Assembly: GCA_020725385.1 (NCBI GenBank)
Contig: DYFC01000064.1
Location: forward strand, 1-41,664
Source of the DNA: Nitrospira japonica
GTDB taxonomy: Bacteria > Nitrospirota > Thermodesulfovibrionia > Thermodesulfovibrionales > SM23-35
DNA: 41,664 bases
Direction: 5' to 3'
In this document: one piece after another, positions 38,483-41,664 of the stretch
Position numbering within the stretch: position 1 is the first letter of the stretch
Layout: each line of letters starts with the position of its first letter
Made by a program: the position numbers and the translations under genes
The notes under the pieces: generated by a model
Told to the model about the DNA's origin: nothing
Seen by the model: the letters and a program-made list of their open reading frames with translations, nothing else
Databases searched by the model: none

Positions 38483-40468
38483 TTATTTAAAACCTGCTTC
38501 AATCATCCTGGTTTTAATTGCTTTTATTCTGTCTCTTATTTCTGCAGCTCTTTCAAAATCAAGCCTTTTTGCAGCCTTTTTCATCTCGGACTCAAGTCTC
38601 TTTATATCTTTTTCACCATGCCCGTAATCTTCAATTTCCTCTGCAGACTTTGGTACTGTCCAATAATCTGACTCATATATTGAACCGAGAATATCCTTAA
38701 TGTTTGACTTAACAGTCTCGGGTGTAATCCCCATCTTTCTATTGTATTCTTCCTGAATTTTTCTACGTCTTTTTGTTTCTTCGATAGCCCGTTGCATCGA
38801 ACCTGTAATTATATCTGCATAAAAGATTACCGCTCCATTAATATTTCGGGCTGCACGTCCGGATGTCTGTATTAATGAACGTTCTGACCTGAGAAATCCC
38901 TCTTTATCGGCATCAAGTACAGCTACTAGTGAGACTTCCGGAAGATCGAGACCTTCGCGTAAGAGATTGACCCCGATTAAAACATCAAATACTCCGAGTC
39001 TTAGATTCCTTACTATTTCTACACGTTCGAGAGTATCAATATCTGAATGAAGATAGCATGCTTTTATATTAAGCCCTTTATAATAATCTGTAAGGTCCTC
39101 GGCCATTTTTTTAGTTAATGTTGTAACAAGTATTCTTTCATTTCTGGCAGAGCGCTTTTTTATTTCTTCAAGTAGATCATCCACCTGACCTTCTATAGGT
39201 CTAACGAAAATCTCGGGGTCAAGAAGTCCTGTAGGTCTGATTATCTGTTCAACTATTTTTCCTCCTGATTTCTTTATCTCATAATCCCCGGGGGTTGCTG
39301 AAACATAAATCACCTGCTGAACCTGATTTTCAAATTCTTCAAATTTAAGAGGCCGATTGTCAAGCGCGGAAGGTAATCTAAACCCGAAATCTATTAAATT
39401 TTTTTTCCTTGATCTATCACCTTCATACATTCCACCTAATTGCGGAATAGTTGCATGAGATTCATCTATTATTATCAGAAAGTCATCAGGGAAATAATCT
39501 ATTAAAGTATAAGGCGGCTGACCGGGTAGTCTTCCGCTTAAATGTCTGGAATAATTTTCTATGCCGTGACAGAAACCAAACTCTTTTAACATTTCAAGAT
39601 CATAGAGTGTTCTCTGTTCGATTCTTTGTGCCTCTAATTTTTTTCCTTCTCTTAAAAAATATTCAATTCTTTCTTTTAATTCATCTTCAATCTTTTTTAA
39701 TGCAGTCTCAAGGCGGTCTCTCGGGGTAATCCAGTGGCTGTTAGGAAATATCGCAATTTTACTTTTTCTCTGCAATTTCTTACCTGTAAGAGGGTCAAAC
39801 TCGACTATTGAATCAATATAGTCTCCAAAGAAATCTATTCTTATTGCTTTTTCATTAGACAAAGATGGTACTATTTCAACAATATCACCGCGAACCCTAA
39901 AAATACCTCTTTTGAATTCTGTTTCTGAACGCATATATTGTATTTCAACGAGTCTATGAAGTATGTCATCTCTTTTAACTTTCATGCCTTCTTCTATAAC
40001 AAGATGCATATCAATATAATCCTGTGGGGAACCAATACCGTATATGCAGGACACAGAGGCGATAACAATTGTATCTCTTCTTTCTAAAACCGAAGTTGTT
40101 GCAGAATGTCTCATCCTGTCAATATCATCATTTATCAAAGCATCTTTTTCAATATAAGTATCTGTTGTAGGTATATAAGCTTCAGGCTGGTAATAATCAT
40201 AATAACTTACGAAAAATTCTACAGCATTCTCCGGAAAAAGTTCTTTGAATTCTCCATAGAGTTGTGCTGCGAGAGTTTTATTGTGAGCGATAATTAGAGT
40301 TGGTTTATTTACATTTGAAATCACATTTGCAATCGTAAAGGTCTTGCCCGAACCTGTTACGCCAAGAAGGGTTTGATGCTTTAAACCTTTTTCTATACCC
40401 TCTGAAAGCTTTTTTATTGCATCTGGCTGGTCGCCTTTTGGTTTGAAATTAGTAGTAAGTTTAAAAAT
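38483..40468 (-). CDS. uvrB: Excinuclease ABC subunit B, extended to a non-canonical start
   Basis: [27 protein letters not shown] tail. In-frame upstream extension [15 protein letters not shown]...[11 protein letters not shown] lies before GTG 40324. Confidence 0.93.
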   Translation of the reverse strand: MFKLTTNFKPKGDQPDAIKKLSEGIEKGLKHQTLLGVTGSGKTFTIANVISNVNKPTLIIAHNKTLAAQLYGEFKELFPENAVEFFVSYYDYYQPEAYIPTTDTYIEKDALINDDIDRMRHSATTSVLERRDTIVIASVSCIYGIGSPQDYIDMHLVIEEGMKVKRDDILHRLVEIQYMRSETEFKRGIFRVRGDIVEIVPSLSNEKAIRIDFFGDYIDSIVEFDPLTGKKLQRKSKIAIFPNSHWITPRDRLETALKKIEDELKERIEYFLREGKKLEAQRIEQRTLYDLEMLKEFGFCHGIENYSRHLSGRLPGQPPYTLIDYFPDDFLIIIDESHATIPQLGGMYEGDRSRKKNLIDFGFRLPSALDNRPLKFEEFENQVQQVIYVSATPGDYEIKKSGGKIVEQIIRPTGLLDPEIFVRPIEGQVDDLLEEIKKRSARNERILVTTLTKKMAEDLTDYYKGLNIKACYLHSDIDTLERVEIVRNLRLGVFDVLIGVNLLREGLDLPEVSLVAVLDADKEGFLRSERSLIQTSGRAARNINGAVIFYADIITGSMQRAIEETKRRRKIQEEYNRKMGITPETVKSNIKDILGSIYESDYWTVPKSAEEIEDYGHGEKDIKRLESEMKKAAKRLDFERAAEIRDRIKAIKTRMIEAGFK

Positions 40469-40470
40469 AC

Positions 40471-41277
40471 TTAAATTACCTCCTCATCAGAAAAAATATC
40501 TCTTAGTTTTTCATATTTACTTCCAAACTTGCTCTGTAATTGATTGTCAAATCTCCTAACAATCTTCATTATATAAATATCATGCTTGATAAATTCTTCA
40601 GCTATTGTAATAAATCCCCTATTTTTACTCCAAGCTCCCTCAACATTTCCGAATTTCAAGATAGTACCGGTAAGAGCTTCCTTAGAATCAGAAACAACTG
40701 TCAAACATCTTCCCTTTTTTTCCTTAAAAACTGATTCCTCAACAGGATGCTGGTAGATTTTTCCTATTTTCATACCCGCATTCCCAAAATGTAATATTGC
40801 AACCCTTACACCTCTTTTTTCAGCATTTCTAATTGGATCTTCAAGCCTGAGAAATTCATCTTTCCAGATGGATATAAGCAATGTATGAGTCGCTTTGTCA
40901 ATTAATGTTCTTGTTTTTTCGATTAAAAAGTCATAATCAATAATATTCCAGGTAGTTAAATCTTCAGACCCGTGTAGAAAATCAGATAAACTTCTTTCAA
41001 TATTCTTTAAGGACACCTCAAGTTTGTTTTTCTGTTTATTTATGAAATCATTCAATCCTATCGGAATGTATCTTTGCTTATTATTATCAGCTATGACATT
41101 GACAAGCCCGTTTACAAGTAATTTTTTTATAACTTCATATATCTTTGATGTTGGAATTCCAGAAGATTTTGCAAGTTCATAAGCCGTACAGGGATAATCC
41201 TTAAGAAGCGCAAGATAAGCTTTTGCCTCATATTCTGAGAGTCCTAATGATACAAATTGAGAGATAGTTTTTTTCAT
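40471..41277 (-). CDS. TrmB-family transcriptional regulator
   Basis: [15 protein letters not shown]...[15 protein letters not shown] winged HTH plus an effector domain. Confidence 0.9.
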   Translation of the reverse strand: MKKTISQFVSLGLSEYEAKAYLALLKDYPCTAYELAKSSGIPTSKIYEVIKKLLVNGLVNVIADNNKQRYIPIGLNDFINKQKNKLEVSLKNIERSLSDFLHGSEDLTTWNIIDYDFLIEKTRTLIDKATHTLLISIWKDEFLRLEDPIRNAEKRGVRVAILHFGNAGMKIGKIYQHPVEESVFKEKKGRCLTVVSDSKEALTGTILKFGNVEGAWSKNRGFITIAEEFIKHDIYIMKIVRRFDNQLQSKFGSKYEKLRDIFSDEEVI

Positions 41278-41279
41278 AT

Positions 41280-41327
41280 TTAACTACCAGAGTAGTTAAT
41301 AATATACTAATTTTTAATATCTGTCAA
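41280..41327 (-). promoter_or_regulatory. Sigma70 promoter plus palindromic operator
   Basis: TTGACA(41327-41322)-N17-TATTAT(41304-41299); palindrome TTAACTAC-N4-GTAGTTAA at 41280-41299. Confidence 0.75.
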
Positions 41328-41400
41328 TCCCTCTTGAATAGCCATTTTATGAAATATTATAAAATCACAATAAGATATAAAACTGCCAAGCTAACAAGCT

Positions 41401-41428
41401 TAAAAGCAAGGAGCAGAGAGCAAAGGGC
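41401..41428. repeat. Four heptamers (AAAGAGC-like), reverse orientation
   Basis: TAAAAGC AAGGAGC AGAGAGC AAAGGGC. Confidence 0.5.
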
Positions 41429-41481
41429 TCGCATCTTTCTTACACAGACAACGGTCATGGAGAACAAATATACGAACACGA

Positions 41482-41664
41482 TTAACCAAAAAATGCATTT
41501 GAAATAATGCAGATGTTGCGAGAAAATTTATTTTTCGATACCTTAGTGTACATTTAAAGATGATTTGCCATGAACTTTTTTATTCATTGCCAATAAATAT
41601 CTTTTGATATAAAAATTATCGAGTTAAATAAATTTTTGAGCAATGTCTGCATTATTTGGGTTAA
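41482..41664 (+). mobile_element. TTAA-bounded MITE-like element
   Basis: Left TTAACCAAAAAATGCATTTGAAATAATGCAGATGTTGCG; right GCAATGTCTGCATTATTTGGGTTAA, which is inverted to the subterminal left motif. Confidence 0.65.

Noticed and set aside
4439-40734. Many 60-200 aa ORFs nested in or antisense to identified genes (e.g. 8814..9302, 20305..20901, 34816..35247)
   Set aside because: Shadow frames of well-supported genes, with no independent motifs.

Overview
AT-rich bacterial chromosomal window. The gene content suggests an anaerobe with a Wood-Ljungdahl-type methyl branch, possibly Nitrospirota or Desulfobacterota (inference). 0-3.5 kb is a decayed defence island: an intact RHH/RelE toxin-antitoxin pair, a solitary 37-bp CRISPR repeat between two four-helix-bundle gene relics, a 3'-truncated cas8b, an orphan DUF2283 antitoxin and frameshifted or collapsed genes. 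3.8-12 kb holds folate/C1 genes: folE-folD, then a GltD/NfnB-ferredoxin-MvhD fusion, metV, DUF2520, a deviant purD and metF. 12-18 kb is hisC-hisB-cooC-usp-Na/Ca antiporter-5-FTHF cyclo-ligase-suhB. 18-28.5 kb is a GspC-like gene plus five glycosyltransferases (TPR-GT, GT2, GT9, GT41) and a collapsed sixth. 28.6-33 kb has a PflX-like radical SAM gene, ilvD, ydcH and hemY. 33-38.4 kb is a c-di-GMP module: a diguanylate cyclase, a B12 radical SAM enzyme, a PilZ protein, a secreted protein, and an unusual protein with three MshEN domains fused through an internal signal peptide to an exported beta-rich domain. 38.5-41.3 kb is a TrmB regulator coupled to uvrB, which lacks a canonical start codon. 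Intergenic DNA carries REP-like palindromes, a TTAA-bounded MITE family and heptamer tandem repeats. All calls come from reading motifs by eye; no searches were run.
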